Counted from the whole stretch's first letter, positions 10,166-20,854 are shown. The stretch: 63,981 nucleotides of DNA, filler included, from an uncultured bacterium (GCA_964371695.1; 19 parts of 19 records of this genome joined end to end with filler, not necessarily neighbours in it); one strand, 5' to 3'. Numbers and translations: made by a program. Notes: generated by a model not told the origin, from the letters alone.

Positions 10166-10420
10166 CTAAAACCCCTTCGACAGCGAAACCTCCAGGGCGT
10201 TCTGGTGCGTGCCACCGCCCGCGCTCAGGCGCAGGTTTTCCGTGTGCCACACCACCTGCCAGTGGCCGCCGTTTTTCAACCGGCGCGACAACGACAGCGT
10301 GTGGACCTGCTGGTGATAGACCCGCCGGTTAAACGTCACGTCCAGGCCATATCCCCCTTGCCAGCCCCCTGTGAGCGGGCCAGAAAAAAACACCCCCACC
10401 CCACCGGCCCGGTTTTTGCC
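10166..10420 (-). CDS. C-terminal fragment of a probable beta-rich outer-membrane protein
   Basis: Alternating beta-strand pattern ending in Phe; truncated by spacer. Confidence 0.4.
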   Translation of the reverse strand, partial: GKNRAGGVGVFFSGPLTGGWQGGYGLDVTFNRRVYHQQVHTLSLSRRLKNGGHWQVVWHTENLRLSAGGGTHQNALEVSLSKGF

Positions 10421-10520
10421 NNNNNNNNNNNNNNNNNNNNNNNNNNNNNNNNNNNNNNNNNNNNTTAATTAATTAANNNNNNNNNNNNNNNNNNNNNNNN
10501 NNNNNNNNNNNNNNNNNNNN

Positions 10521-10582
10521 GTGAGCGGTGTTTTGCCCACGGGGCAGGCCAGGATTTCAAGCAGTTCTTTTTTGCGAATCGT
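10521..10582 (-). CDS. Trm112/YcaR-family protein, N-terminal fragment
   Basis: Manual translation (T)IRKKELLEILACPVGKTPL matches the LLEILACP signature; not in ORF track. Confidence 0.7.
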
Positions 10583-10586
10583 GTCC

Positions 10587-11018
10587 TCAGTCCTTCAGTT
10601 TCGTCGCCAGATTTTTATAGGCCTGCACCAGACGGGTGGCCAGACCCTCGATGAGCATCATGGTCCATTTGGGGTGAAGCTGAAAAATGATCTCGAAGTT
10701 GTCGCGGTTGAACACCAGGGTGGTGAGGTCGCCCTTGGCCCGCGCCCCCGCCGAACGGGGAGACGGGTCGAACACCGCCATCTCGCCGAAAATGGCGTCA
10801 TTCCCCAGCACGGCGAATATTTTTTCTTCGTCCTTGATGGTTTTCACGATTTCCACTTCGCCCTCAATGATGATGAACAGCTCGTTGCCGGTGTCGCCGT
10901 CGTCAAACACCATCTGGCGGTCGGTGAACTTGCGCCCGAACTTCTGGATGATCTCGTCGCTGACCCCGCCCTCGTGCTGAAAGGCCACTTCATAAAGTGC
11001 TTGAAGGTCCTCGCTCAT
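10587..11018 (-). CDS. Stand-alone cyclic-nucleotide-binding domain protein
   Basis: GDTGNELFII.EGEV and FGEMA...PRSA phosphate-binding cassette; no HTH. Confidence 0.9.
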   Translation of the reverse strand: MSEDLQALYEVAFQHEGGVSDEIIQKFGRKFTDRQMVFDDGDTGNELFIIIEGEVEIVKTIKDEEKIFAVLGNDAIFGEMAVFDPSPRSAGARAKGDLTTLVFNRDNFEIIFQLHPKWTMMLIEGLATRLVQAYKNLATKLKD

Positions 11019-11440
11019 AAGGTGATCAGCCGCTCGGTGGGTGGCTCTCCGTGATCAATGGCAGAGACGATCTGGTTGATTTTCCGCAACCAGCGGGACT
11101 GGTCCACGATGGTGTCCTTGGCGATTTCGGCATAGGTGCCCACGATCATTTCATAGTCGCTGCGGGTCCAGCAGTAGATTTTGGAGTCCTGCGTGGCCAC
11201 GGCGGTGAACTCCCAGGTTTCGCTGTCCTTGGAAAAGGAACTCTCCACGCCAAACACCACGCCCCGGCGCACGACGTTGGAAAGAATGCGCCCGCTGGCC
11301 AGTTTGCGCACCAGGTGCATGCGGCCATCCATCACGATAAAAACACACTTTTCGTCCCGGCTCATGGGCTGGCCCTGGGTGAACATCACCTCCCCCGTCT
11401 CCAGTTCCCTCACTTCACCTTTTATCAGAAACCGGCTCAT
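11015..11440 (-). CDS. Stand-alone cNMP-binding-fold protein with degenerate cassette
   Basis: GEVMFTQG..VFIVMDG..G.VFGVE pattern; lacks the GE...R residues; overlaps the downstream gene. Confidence 0.8.
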   Translation of the reverse strand: MSRFLIKGEVRELETGEVMFTQGQPMSRDEKCVFIVMDGRMHLVRKLASGRILSNVVRRGVVFGVESSFSKDSETWEFTAVATQDSKIYCWTRSDYEMIVGTYAEIAKDTIVDQSRWLRKINQIVSAIDHGEPPTERLITL

Positions 11441-11579
11441 GGGGCGTCACGCTCCAGGGGGCGAAAGTTTCCTGACAGGAACAATCCGGGTAACAAACCG
11501 TTTTGGGAGATGAAATGCGCCATGGGGTAGGCCGTGAAAGATTACCAAAAATTGAAGCCAACTGTTTGTGAGGCTGTTT

Positions 11580-13130
11580 TCAGTGGCGGAAATGTCTCAT
11601 GCCGGTGAACAGCATGGCGATGTCCGCGTCTTTGGCCGCCTGAATGACTTCTTCATCCCGAATGCTGCCGCCGGGCTGAATGATGGCCGTCACGCCGTGG
11701 CGGGCCGCCAAGTCAATGCTGTCGCGGAACGGGAAAAACGCGTCAGAGGCCAGCACGGCCCCCTTTGCCCGGTGGGCCGCCACCTCCAGGGCATTCTTGA
11801 GCGAGGCCACACGACTCATCTGCCCCGCGCCAGTGCCCACGGTGGCGCCGTCTTTGGCCAGCACAATGGCGTTGCTTTTCACATGCTTCACCACAGCCCA
11901 GGCCAGGTACAGGTTTTCCAGTTCCGTCGGCGTGGGTTCCCGGCCCCCCACCGACTGCGGCTTGCCTTCAAACAACACGTTGTCCGGTGTCTGCACCAGC
12001 AGGCCCCCCGCCACGGGTTTCACGTCCAGCGCCCCCGCCAGCCTCTCGCTGCCCGCGTAATCCAGCAGGCGAATGCGCTGGTGTTTTTTACTGGCCGAAA
12101 GCACCGCCAGGGCCTGGGGCTCAAAGCCCGGCGCAATCACCGCCTCGATGAACGTCTTGGCCAGTTCCTGGGCCAGGTCCACCGTCACGGGCCGGTTAAA
12201 AGCCATGATGGAGCCAAAGGCCGCCTCCGGGTCCACGTCGCGGGCGTTGATGTAGGCCTGCAACAGCGACACATGGGTGGCCACGCCGGTGGGGTTGGTG
12301 TGTTTGATGACAACAGCGCAGGGGTTTTTGATTTCCAGCGACAGCAGCAGGGCAGCGTTCAGGTCCAGCAGGTTGTTGAAGCTGAGCTCCTTGCCCTGGT
12401 GCTGGGCCATGCGGGCAAAAGAAATGGCCCCCGCCGGTGTGGGCAGGGCATAAAAGGCCGCTTGCTGATGGGGGTTTTCGCCATAACGCAGGCCCATGTG
12501 CAACGTCAGGCCCAGGCCAAAACGCTGGGGCAACACGGGGGCTTCGGGCACCCTGCTTTGCAGATAACGGCTGATGGCGGCGTCGTAGGCAGCGGTGTGC
12601 TGATACACCTTGAGCGCCAGCAGACGGCGCAGCCCCAGGCCGCCGTCCGGGCCGGGGTCGTTCAGGGCGTCCAGCACCGTGCCGTAATCCGCTGGGTCCG
12701 TCACCACATAAACGCTCTGGTGATTTTTGGCGGCGCTGCGAATCATGCTGGGGCCGCCGATGTCGATGTTCTCCACCGCTTCTTCAAAAGTGCAGTCTGC
12801 TTTGGCCACGGTGGCTTCAAAGGGATAAAGATTCACGGCCACCACATCGATGGCCCCATAGCCCATCTTTTCCATGGCCTGAACGTGTTCAGGAATCTGA
12901 CGGTTATAGAGCAAACCGGCGTGAACGCGGGGGTGCAGGGTTTTCACACGACCATCCAGCATTTCGGGGTGGCCGGTGAACTGGCTCAGTTCGATGGCCT
13001 CCAGGCCCTGTTCCTGCAGGTGTCGAAAGGTGCCGCCCGTGGACAACAGGGTGAACCCCTGGGCCGCCAGACCCTGGGCAAAGGCCGCCAGACCCGTTTT
13101 ATCACTGACGCTTAAAAGCGCATATCTCAT
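11580..13130 (-). CDS. purH: Bifunctional AICAR transformylase/IMP cyclohydrolase
   Basis: ALLSVSDKTG, GRVKTLHP, ENIDIGGP, RYGENPHQ, ASDAFFPF and TGMRHFRH motifs. Confidence 0.98.
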   Translation of the reverse strand: MRYALLSVSDKTGLAAFAQGLAAQGFTLLSTGGTFRHLQEQGLEAIELSQFTGHPEMLDGRVKTLHPRVHAGLLYNRQIPEHVQAMEKMGYGAIDVVAVNLYPFEATVAKADCTFEEAVENIDIGGPSMIRSAAKNHQSVYVVTDPADYGTVLDALNDPGPDGGLGLRRLLALKVYQHTAAYDAAISRYLQSRVPEAPVLPQRFGLGLTLHMGLRYGENPHQQAAFYALPTPAGAISFARMAQHQGKELSFNNLLDLNAALLLSLEIKNPCAVVIKHTNPTGVATHVSLLQAYINARDVDPEAAFGSIMAFNRPVTVDLAQELAKTFIEAVIAPGFEPQALAVLSASKKHQRIRLLDYAGSERLAGALDVKPVAGGLLVQTPDNVLFEGKPQSVGGREPTPTELENLYLAWAVVKHVKSNAIVLAKDGATVGTGAGQMSRVASLKNALEVAAHRAKGAVLASDAFFPFRDSIDLAARHGVTAIIQPGGSIRDEEVIQAAKDADIAMLFTGMRHFRH

Positions 13131-13426
13131 GAAACCGCTCTCCGTAGCAGAATTAAACGACCAGTTTAGACCTTTTCCAAAAGGTTTGCATTGTCAGATG
13201 AACAAAATGGGTCGATAGGGGTGTTGAGGGACGCCCTTTATAAATCCAAAGATGGATTTTTTGCTGGCTGCGGCTTTAAAAACCCGAGCAAAAGCGTGGT
13301 TTTGTGCGGGCTTTGTTTGAGCGCATCTGGTTAAAAAAAGCCAGGACGAATTTTCTCAACTCGCTGTTGGAAGAAAAATTCCGCTCAAACCTTCATAAAC
13401 CTCTCCAATCGAGGCAAAATAAGGCC

Positions 13427-13906
13427 GTGGAACCTGTTTCGCCACCGGTAGCGGCTCTCGCCCAGGAACAAAGCGGCGCCACCGCCCAAGACCACGGCGA
13501 AATGCGGGGCGGACTGAAAACCCAGTTGCGGCTGGACGGGGACCTGGTGAACCGGCTGAAAACCGTTCACACCGGCCACGCCGTCTTCAGCCTGTTCAGC
13601 ACCTGGGCCATGGCCGCCCTGGGCATCTGGATTTTTGTGGCCCTGAGCGGGCCGTGGCGCTGGGCGGCTTATCCGTTTCTGGTGGTTTTCATGGCCCGCA
13701 CGCAACACGCCCTGGCCATTCTGATGCACGACGCCAGCCACCGGTCGCTCTTTGCCCAGCCCCGGTTGAACGACTGGGTGGGCCGGTGGCTTTGCGCCTA
13801 TCCCCTGTTCATCTCATTGTTTGCTTACCGCAAGCTGCATTTCCGCCACCACAAAGACCTCTACACCCCCCGCGACCCCGACATCCCCCTTTACACCGGT
13901 TATCCC
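13427..13906 (+). CDS. Membrane fatty acid desaturase family (3' partial)
   Basis: His boxes HDASH and HFRHH with TM segments; start uncertain. Confidence 0.85.
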
Positions 13907-14006
13907 NNNNNNNNNNNNNNNNNNNNNNNNNNNNNNNNNNNNNNNNNNNNTTAATTAATTAANNNNNNNNNNNNNNNNNNNNNNNNNNNNNNNNNNNNNN
14001 NNNNNN

Positions 14007-15404
14007 ACCCGCACCGGCCTGGACGCCATGAAAAAAAGCGGCGTGTCGCTGGTGATCACGGTGGACAACGGCACCACGGCGGTGGAACAGGTGGACTATG
14101 CCCGGTCTCTGGGTCTGGAGGTGGTGATCACCGATCATCACCAGCCCGATCCCGGCCAGCCCGTGCCCCGCGCCACGGCCCTCATCAATCCCCATCAAGA
14201 GGGTTGTGATTACGCCTTCAAGCACCTGAGCGGCTGCGCCGTGGCGTTCAAGCTGGGCGTGGCCGTGGCCCGGCAACTGGGCCTGAGCGATGAAGAAGCC
14301 CTGGAAAACGAAGTGGACCTGGTGGCCCTCAGTTGCCTGAGCGACCGCATGGCCTTAAGCGGCGAAAACCGCCTGTTTTCGCGCCGGGGGCTGCTGAGCC
14401 TTCAGGCTGGCAAGCGGGTGGGCATCAAGGCGCTCAAGGACTGCATCGGCCTGCGCCCCGGCCGCGTGCTCACGGGTTATGACATGGATTTTCAGATCAT
14501 CCCGCGCCTGAATGCCAGCGGACGCATGGGCGACCCCATGACCAGCTTTCGGCTGCTGGTGGAAAACGGCCGCACCGAGGCCTCGCGTCTGGCGCGCCAG
14601 CTTGAAGACGTGAATCTGCAACGCCGCGATGTCCAGGCCGATGTTTACCGTCAGGTGGCCCGCAAGGTGAACCTCAGTGACCCGCCCTGGGCGGTGGTGG
14701 TGCAGGGCGACTGGCATTTTGGCGTGCTGGGCGTGGTGGCTGGGCGCGTGGCCGACGCCACCGTGCGCCCCACCGTGTTGTTGTGCCCCTCTGGCGAAAA
14801 ACGCGGCCACGACGCCGTGCTCAAGGGCAGCGCCCGCAACCCCACCCACGCCGATCTGCTGGGCCTGATGCGTCAGGCGGTGCGCGAGGGCATGGCGCTG
14901 AAGGCCGGGGGGCACCACGCCGCCATGGGGGTGGAGCTGCTGGCTCCGGCACTGGAAGATTTTCAGGCGCTGCTGCAAGAGGGCTGCGCACGGGATTTGA
15001 ACAGCAACCCCCCCGTGCGCACGCTGGAGCTGGATGGCGAGCTTTCGCTGACGGATGTGGACGAAACCCTGCTGCGGGCGCTGGAGGCCATGGAGCCTTT
15101 TGGCGTGGCCAACCCCGCGCCGCAGTTCATGGTGCGCAACCTGAAGGTGACACAGGTGCAGTTCCGGGGTGGCGGCAGCGAGCACCTGAAACTGTGGGTG
15201 GTGGATCGCCAGGGCCACGAAGAGACCATGATGTTTTTTCAGGGTGGGCGGCTGCTTGGCCCCACGGCGCTGAATGGCGCGGTGGTGGACGTGGTATGCA
15301 CCATTGGCCGCGAGACCTGGCCCGGCGGGGGACTGGTGTCCTGGAAGGTGACGGACCTGCGGCTCTCAGCGGTGGCGCAACCCAGTAAAATGGCCATGGT
15401 GTAG
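14007..15404 (+). CDS. recJ: ssDNA-specific exonuclease RecJ (5' partial)
   Basis: ITVDNG, TDHH, PRLNASGR, KGSAR, GGHHAAMG and EPFG.ANP motifs. Confidence 0.95.
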   Translation, partial: TRTGLDAMKKSGVSLVITVDNGTTAVEQVDYARSLGLEVVITDHHQPDPGQPVPRATALINPHQEGCDYAFKHLSGCAVAFKLGVAVARQLGLSDEEALENEVDLVALSCLSDRMALSGENRLFSRRGLLSLQAGKRVGIKALKDCIGLRPGRVLTGYDMDFQIIPRLNASGRMGDPMTSFRLLVENGRTEASRLARQLEDVNLQRRDVQADVYRQVARKVNLSDPPWAVVVQGDWHFGVLGVVAGRVADATVRPTVLLCPSGEKRGHDAVLKGSARNPTHADLLGLMRQAVREGMALKAGGHHAAMGVELLAPALEDFQALLQEGCARDLNSNPPVRTLELDGELSLTDVDETLLRALEAMEPFGVANPAPQFMVRNLKVTQVQFRGGGSEHLKLWVVDRQGHEETMMFFQGGRLLGPTALNGAVVDVVCTIGRETWPGGGLVSWKVTDLRLSAVAQPSKMAMV

Positions 15405-15463
15405 GTGGGTTTGGCCAGTTCGGATTGAAGTTGCCGACTGCTTTCGCCAGACTGGATGGCGCA

Positions 15464-15718
15464 ATGGGCTGGCAAATGACGGACGCAGAAAACAGGTTCA
15501 GTAAAGTGGTGCGGATGGCACTGGAGGACGGCCCCCAGCGGATCACGCACCGGGGTGAAGTGGTGGTGGTGCTGGCCGAAAAAGACTATCTGCGCCTCAC
15601 TGGTCAAAAGCAGACCTTTTTTGATTTTCTCACACAGGGGCCGAGCATGGAGGCCGTGTCCCTGGAAAGGGACAAAAGTTTGCCCAGGCTTGTTTCGCAT
15701 CCGTGGGAAACGGTGTGA
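15464..15718 (+). CDS. Phd/YefM-family antitoxin (orphan)
   Basis: WQMTDAENRFSKVVR.A..GPQ.IT.RG..VVVL prevent-host-death pattern. Confidence 0.85.
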   Translation: MGWQMTDAENRFSKVVRMALEDGPQRITHRGEVVVVLAEKDYLRLTGQKQTFFDFLTQGPSMEAVSLERDKSLPRLVSHPWETV

Positions 15719-17298
15719 AAAAGGGTGGGGAAAATCTATCTGCGTCGCTGGTGCGTTTTTTGAGCGACCCAGCCAATTATCCCCACGCGGGCGGGCCGGT
15801 GCGGCTGATTCAGACCCACATCTCGTGGGTGTTTGTGGGCCGCCACTGGGTCTACAAGGTGAAAAAACCTGTGACGTTTGCCTTTCTCGATTTTGGAACG
15901 GCGGAAAAACGAAAGTTTTTTGTGGAGGAGGAATATCGCCTGAACCAGCGGTTGGCCGCGCTGTTTTATGTCGGCCCCGTGCCGCTTTACCGCGACCCAA
16001 AAGGCCGCTGGAACTGGACCGGCGAGGGCGAACCCACGGAGTGGATTCTGAAAATGCGGCGGTTTCCGCCGGGCAGCGAACTGAGCGAACGCCTGGCCAA
16101 AGGTCGGGTGGGCCTCCCGGACATGAAACAACTCGCGGGTTTTCTGGCGGGGTTTTACCGGCGACAGTTAAAGGCCGCGCAAGCAGAAAAACTCACCTGG
16201 TCCGCGAGCACGCTCATCGGCAACAACTTCAAACAGGCTTCGCCGGTGCTGGCGGGCATGGGTCAGCAACAGGCGCTGCGCCTTTATCAAAAAGCCCAGC
16301 GGGGGCACTTGCAAAAACTCGCCCCCTGGCTCCAAAAAAGAGCCCAGGCGGGCTGGGTGGTGGAAGGCCACGGTGACTTGCAGGCCGGTCACGTGTTGTT
16401 CCTGAAAAAAGAGCCTCACTTCGCCGTGTTTGACTGCATCGAGTTCAGCCGCGATTTTCGGGTGGCCGATGTGGCCTATGACCTGTCTTTTCTGGTGATG
16501 GATCTGATGGCGCGGCGGCGCGAAGACCTGGCGATGGCGCTGCTGAGAGAATTCGAGCGGCGCTTGGGCAAAGCGGACATGACCTCGGCGCAGGTTTGTT
16601 TTGCGGCGCACCGGGCGCTGATCCGCGCCAAGGTGCTGGGGCTGAAATCGCTGGACACCGGCGTGCCCGCTGACGAACAGCAACAGGCGCAGGCCCAGGC
16701 GCTGGATTATCTGAAAACGTCGCTGCGGCTTTGTCACCTGGGGTTGAAACCCCGCTGGGTGGTGGTGATGGGCAACATCGCCAGCGGCAAGTCCACACTG
16801 GCCCGCGCCCTGGCAGAGCGCCTGGGTGTGGGCCTGTTCAACAGCGACGTGGTGCGCAAGGAACTGTTCGGTTTAAGGCCCGAAGACGACGGCGGCCCGC
16901 TGGCGGAAAAGCTCTATTCCCCCCGCGCCACCGAGCGCACCTATGGGCGATTGCTGCAACTGGCCGGGGACGCCGCCAGGCGATTTCAGCCGCTGCTGCT
17001 CGACGCCACTTTTCACAGCCGGGCGCGGCGCGATCAGTTCCGGGGGGCGGCGGCCAAAGCCGGTGCGCGGTTGGATTTTCTGTTTCTGGACGTGCCAGAA
17101 GGGATGCTGGCCAAGCGGCTTCTGGCCCGCGAAAAAGGCCCCAGTGTTTCCGATGCCCGCCTGAATCTTTTGCCCGCGTTTTTAAAATCTTTTGAACAAC
17201 CCGGCCCGGATGAAACCGATGTGACGCGCCTGCGGCCCGGCTCTCTGGCCAAAATGGAGGCCGCCGCCCTTGGGGCGCTGGCGGGCGGGATGGTGTGA
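15703..17298 (+). CDS. Aminoglycoside-phosphotransferase-like kinase fused to AAA_33 P-loop kinase
   Basis: QTHISWV, YKVKKPV, HGDL and FDCIEF motifs, then G.IASGKST P-loop and SDA motif. Confidence 0.9.
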   Translation: MGNGVKKGGENLSASLVRFLSDPANYPHAGGPVRLIQTHISWVFVGRHWVYKVKKPVTFAFLDFGTAEKRKFFVEEEYRLNQRLAALFYVGPVPLYRDPKGRWNWTGEGEPTEWILKMRRFPPGSELSERLAKGRVGLPDMKQLAGFLAGFYRRQLKAAQAEKLTWSASTLIGNNFKQASPVLAGMGQQQALRLYQKAQRGHLQKLAPWLQKRAQAGWVVEGHGDLQAGHVLFLKKEPHFAVFDCIEFSRDFRVADVAYDLSFLVMDLMARRREDLAMALLREFERRLGKADMTSAQVCFAAHRALIRAKVLGLKSLDTGVPADEQQQAQAQALDYLKTSLRLCHLGLKPRWVVVMGNIASGKSTLARALAERLGVGLFNSDVVRKELFGLRPEDDGGPLAEKLYSPRATERTYGRLLQLAGDAARRFQPLLLDATFHSRARRDQFRGAAAKAGARLDFLFLDVPEGMLAKRLLAREKGPSVSDARLNLLPAFLKSFEQPGPDETDVTRLRPGSLAKMEAAALGALAGGMV

Positions 17299-17331
17299 TT
17301 TTTGGAGATAAAAGTTGGATGTAAAAGAAGA

Positions 17332-17381
17332 TGGGGGGCTTTGCCCCCCAAACCCCCCACTGGGAGGGCGGCGGCCCTCCC
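17332..17381. repeat. G/C-tract palindromic repeat (family C)
   Basis: GGGGGCTTTGCCCCCAAACCCCCCACTGGGAGGGCGGCGGCCCTCCC; related sequences at 24737-24793, 31139-31196, ~45065-45116 and 61855-61911. Confidence 0.65.
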
Positions 17382-17481
17382 NNNNNNNNNNNNNNNNNNN
17401 NNNNNNNNNNNNNNNNNNNNNNNNNTTAATTAATTAANNNNNNNNNNNNNNNNNNNNNNNNNNNNNNNNNNNNNNNNNNNN

Positions 17482-18785
17482 TGACGCCGCTGGAACTCTG
17501 TCTGAGCGAAAGCCAGGAGCGCATGTTGTTTGTGGTGCAGAAAGGCCGCGAGGCCGAGGTGATGCGCATCTTCAAAAAATGGGGGCTGGACGCCGCCCGC
17601 ATCGGCCACATCAGCAAAGGCAAGGATTTGGTGATGCGCGCCTATGGCAAAGAGGTGGCCCGCGTGCAGGCCGACCTGCTCACCGAAGACGCACCGGTTT
17701 ATCGCCGCCCCCTGTCTCCCCGCCAATTGCCCGTGCTCAAAAAACAGCCACCGCTGCCGGGCGACTTTGCCCCGGTGCTGAAAAAAATGCTCGCTTCGCC
17801 CGCTTTCATGAGCGCGGCGGGCATTCTCAAAACCTACGACCATCAGGTGCAGACCGGCACAGTGCTGGCGGGGGCCTGCGACGCCAGCGTGGTTTGGATT
17901 AAAGAAGCGGGACATCTGGGCCTCGCCCTCAGCACCGACGGCAACGGGCGCTGGTGTCAGGTGAACCCCCGCGAGGGCACCCGGTGGATCATGGCGGAGT
18001 CGGTGGCCAACCTCACTGCCGTGGGGGCAGAGGCCCTGGCCACCACCAACAACCTCAACTTTGCCAGCCCCGAACGGCCCGAAGTGATGTGGGATTTCGC
18101 CGAGTGTGTGGCGGGACTGGGCGAGGCGTGCCGGGCCTTTGGCGCGCCGGTGACGGGGGGCAACGTGAGTTTCTACAACGAGCGCGGTGCGCTGGGGGCG
18201 ATTTTTCCGTCGCCGGTGGTGGGCGTGCTGGGCAAACTCAAAGACACCCGCCGCGTGATGCGTCAGGACGGTGCGAGGGCAGGGGACACCCTGTATCTGC
18301 TGGGAGATTGGGGGGTGAACCTGGGGGGCAGCGAATATCTGGAGACCCTTCACGGCCAACTGGCGGGGCCGCTCACGGCGCTGGACCTGAAGGCCCTCAA
18401 TGGGTTTTTCACCAAGGCGCGCAAGCTGCTGGGTGTGGGGGCGGCCAAAGGTTTTGTACACGCCTGTCACGACATCGCCAGCGGCGGTTTGTTGTTGAGC
18501 GCGCTGGAACTGGCGTGGTGGGGTGGCGCGGGTTTATCCCTGTCCCTGCCCGCCCGCGTGAACGGCAAAACCGCCCGCTGGGATGGTTTGTTGTTCGACG
18601 AAACCCCCGGCCGCTTTTTGCTGGCCGTGCCCGCTGCTCAAGAAAAAGTCTTTCTGGCGGAAGCCCAAAAACAGGGCCTGTCACCGCGCCTCGCCGGTGT
18701 GTTCACGCCCAGGGGGCTGCGTGTGGTCCAGGGCAAACAGAGTCTTTTTTCAGGCAAGCTGCCGACGCAGGGGTTGGTGTTTTAA
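17482..18785 (+). CDS. purL: Phosphoribosylformylglycinamidine synthase subunit PurL (5' partial)
   Basis: LSESQERM, YDHQVQ, LNFASPE, GGNVSFYNE and HDIASGG motifs. Confidence 0.95.
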
Positions 18786-19975
18786 ACGCTGCTTCCGAGC
18801 ACCTGAGACAGCAGGTCGGCCACGCGGTGGGCATAGGTGTGGTGTGCCAGGGCGAAGTCATGGGCGCGGTCCACAATGGCGCGGCGTTGTGCTGCGTCCT
18901 TGAAGCAGGCGATGGCGTCTGCGATGTCTGAAAGGTCTTTTTTGACCGGGATGTAATGTTCCCAGGGTTGCAGGATGCCGTTGTAATGGCCCTCCAGCAG
19001 CACCTGACAGGTTTTGGCGCCGATGGCCTCGAAATGGCGCGACGACAACGCCTTGCCGCTCACGGGGTTGGGGTAATGCCTGAAAAACTTTTCCTGCACT
19101 TCTTCATAACTGGCCTGGGGATTCTCTTTGAGAAAGACCGTGACGTGGCGGATGGTTTCGTCGGTGCGCTCCAGAAAATAAGTGCCCGATTCCGCCCCCA
19201 TGGTTCCCCAGGAACTTTGTAGCAGTTTGATCCACTCGGCCTGGGGTTTGGTGCCTTCGTGAAACAGGCAACGCAGGCCATATTCCGCGCCGTGTTGCTG
19301 CAGGTGTTCCAGAATGGTGGTGCGTTCGCGGTCGCCGATGTAGAGGTTGTATTTCGCGCCGCAAAACACAAAATCCAGGGGCCTGTCCTGGGCCGGGCCG
19401 GGGGTGAACACCTGGGGATTCAGCGCGTGGGGGGCTGCCAGCACGCGGGTTTTCTGCGCCGGTTCATAGAGCCAGCGCCCCGCCGCCAGGGGCAACTGGG
19501 TGCCCACAAAATCCGCCTCGGTGCGCTGCAAAAAAGCGATGCGCTGGGGCATGAGGTCGAACTCGTTGCCAAACAGCACCAGCAGTCGGCCTTGCCGCCG
19601 CCGGAACCAGCTGGCGGTGCGCAGCAGCACGTCCATGCTGTCGCCGCCCGCAGCGTGCAGCACCACCACCAGGGGATATTCCCGCATCTTGCGCCGGGCG
19701 GCGGCATAGTCCACAAAGTTGGTGAGGTTGACGGTTTCGGCCCTGATGCGGGGGGCGGTTTCAAAGGCGGTTCGCCAGTCCTGCATGTATCCCAGCGCGG
19801 CGTATTGATCCACCGCCCCCAGCAGCACCCGCAGCACCTTGAAGCGGTTCCAGGGCGGCCCCAGCACAAAATCACGGGGCCTGCGCAGCAGCCCCCAGGT
19901 GAGGGTCTGCTGCATGTAGTTCAGCGCCCGGTGACCACAGGCATGCACTAGCAGCACCTTGGGCTGTGTGCTCAC
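18782..19975 (-). CDS. Glycosyltransferase (GT-B, CgeB/Glyco_trans_1_2-like)
   Basis: C-terminal SSRHFEAIG..T..VL...L.PWEHYI...HHTY.HR pattern. Confidence 0.8.
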   Translation of the reverse strand: MSTQPKVLLVHACGHRALNYMQQTLTWGLLRRPRDFVLGPPWNRFKVLRVLLGAVDQYAALGYMQDWRTAFETAPRIRAETVNLTNFVDYAAARRKMREYPLVVVLHAAGGDSMDVLLRTASWFRRRQGRLLVLFGNEFDLMPQRIAFLQRTEADFVGTQLPLAAGRWLYEPAQKTRVLAAPHALNPQVFTPGPAQDRPLDFVFCGAKYNLYIGDRERTTILEHLQQHGAEYGLRCLFHEGTKPQAEWIKLLQSSWGTMGAESGTYFLERTDETIRHVTVFLKENPQASYEEVQEKFFRHYPNPVSGKALSSRHFEAIGAKTCQVLLEGHYNGILQPWEHYIPVKKDLSDIADAIACFKDAAQRRAIVDRAHDFALAHHTYAHRVADLLSQVLGSSV

Positions 19976-20854
19976 GGGCGGCCCCCGGCCACTTCGGCAA
20001 AAAGGGCTTCGTATTGGGGAATGATGGTTTTGATGTCGTGCCGCCGGGCCACCGCCAGGGCCGCTTCCCGGTCAAAAGGCATCTCGTGGCGCAGCAGACG
20101 CAGGCAGGCCTGGGCAAAAGCCGCCGGGTTCCCCACGGGTGTGAGCAGGCCGGTTTTTTCGGGTTGAATGATGGCGGCGGGGCCGTGGGGGCAGTCGGTG
20201 CTCACGCTGGGCAGGCCAAAGGCGTGGGCCTCCAGCAGGGCGTTGGGAAAACTGTCGGTGAGGCTGCTCATGACAAACAGAGTTGCGTGGGCAAACCAGG
20301 GATAGGGGTTTTCCTGTTCGCCGACAAAAACAATGGCCCGCCCGGCAGGGCCAAGGCCGGCGGCAAGCGCCCGGAGTTTTTTTTCTTCCGGCCCGCTTCC
20401 CACCAGCGTCAGGTCTGCGCCTGTCTCGCGGTGTACGGTTTCAAAAGCGCTGAACAGCGTGGGCAAATCCTTGAGGGCGTCCAGCCGACCCACATAAAGC
20501 AGGTGCGGCCCCGGCCCCGAAAAAGGGTCGGGCGCGGTTTGTCCCAGGGCCGCGAGTTGCGCCATGTCGAGCGGGTTGCCGATGACCCGCACCTGACCCT
20601 GCCGCAGCGACAGGGTCTGCCGCAGGATGTCCCCCATGGCCGCCGACTGGGCCACGATGGCCGCCGCCTTGGGATAAGCCCGCCGCTGGTAATGCAGCAC
20701 GTCGGCTGCGCCCGGATACCACTGGTCAAAATCGGTGCCGGGGGCCTTGACCCAGGGGCAGCGGAACACCATGCGGTAACGGGGAAACACCAGCCACCGG
20801 GCCAGCCACAACAGGTGGGCGCAGTTGGAATGGCTGGCGAAGACCACCTGGGGC
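19972..20854 (-). CDS. Glycosyltransferase family 4 (5' partial)
   Basis: VGRLD..K, NPYPW, SS.TDSFPNALLEA and STDCPHGP motifs. Confidence 0.9.

Noticed and set aside
13131-13300. ZTP riboswitch upstream of purH
   Set aside because: The conserved GACTGGCG and CGCCTGGGC elements were not found on the minus strand.
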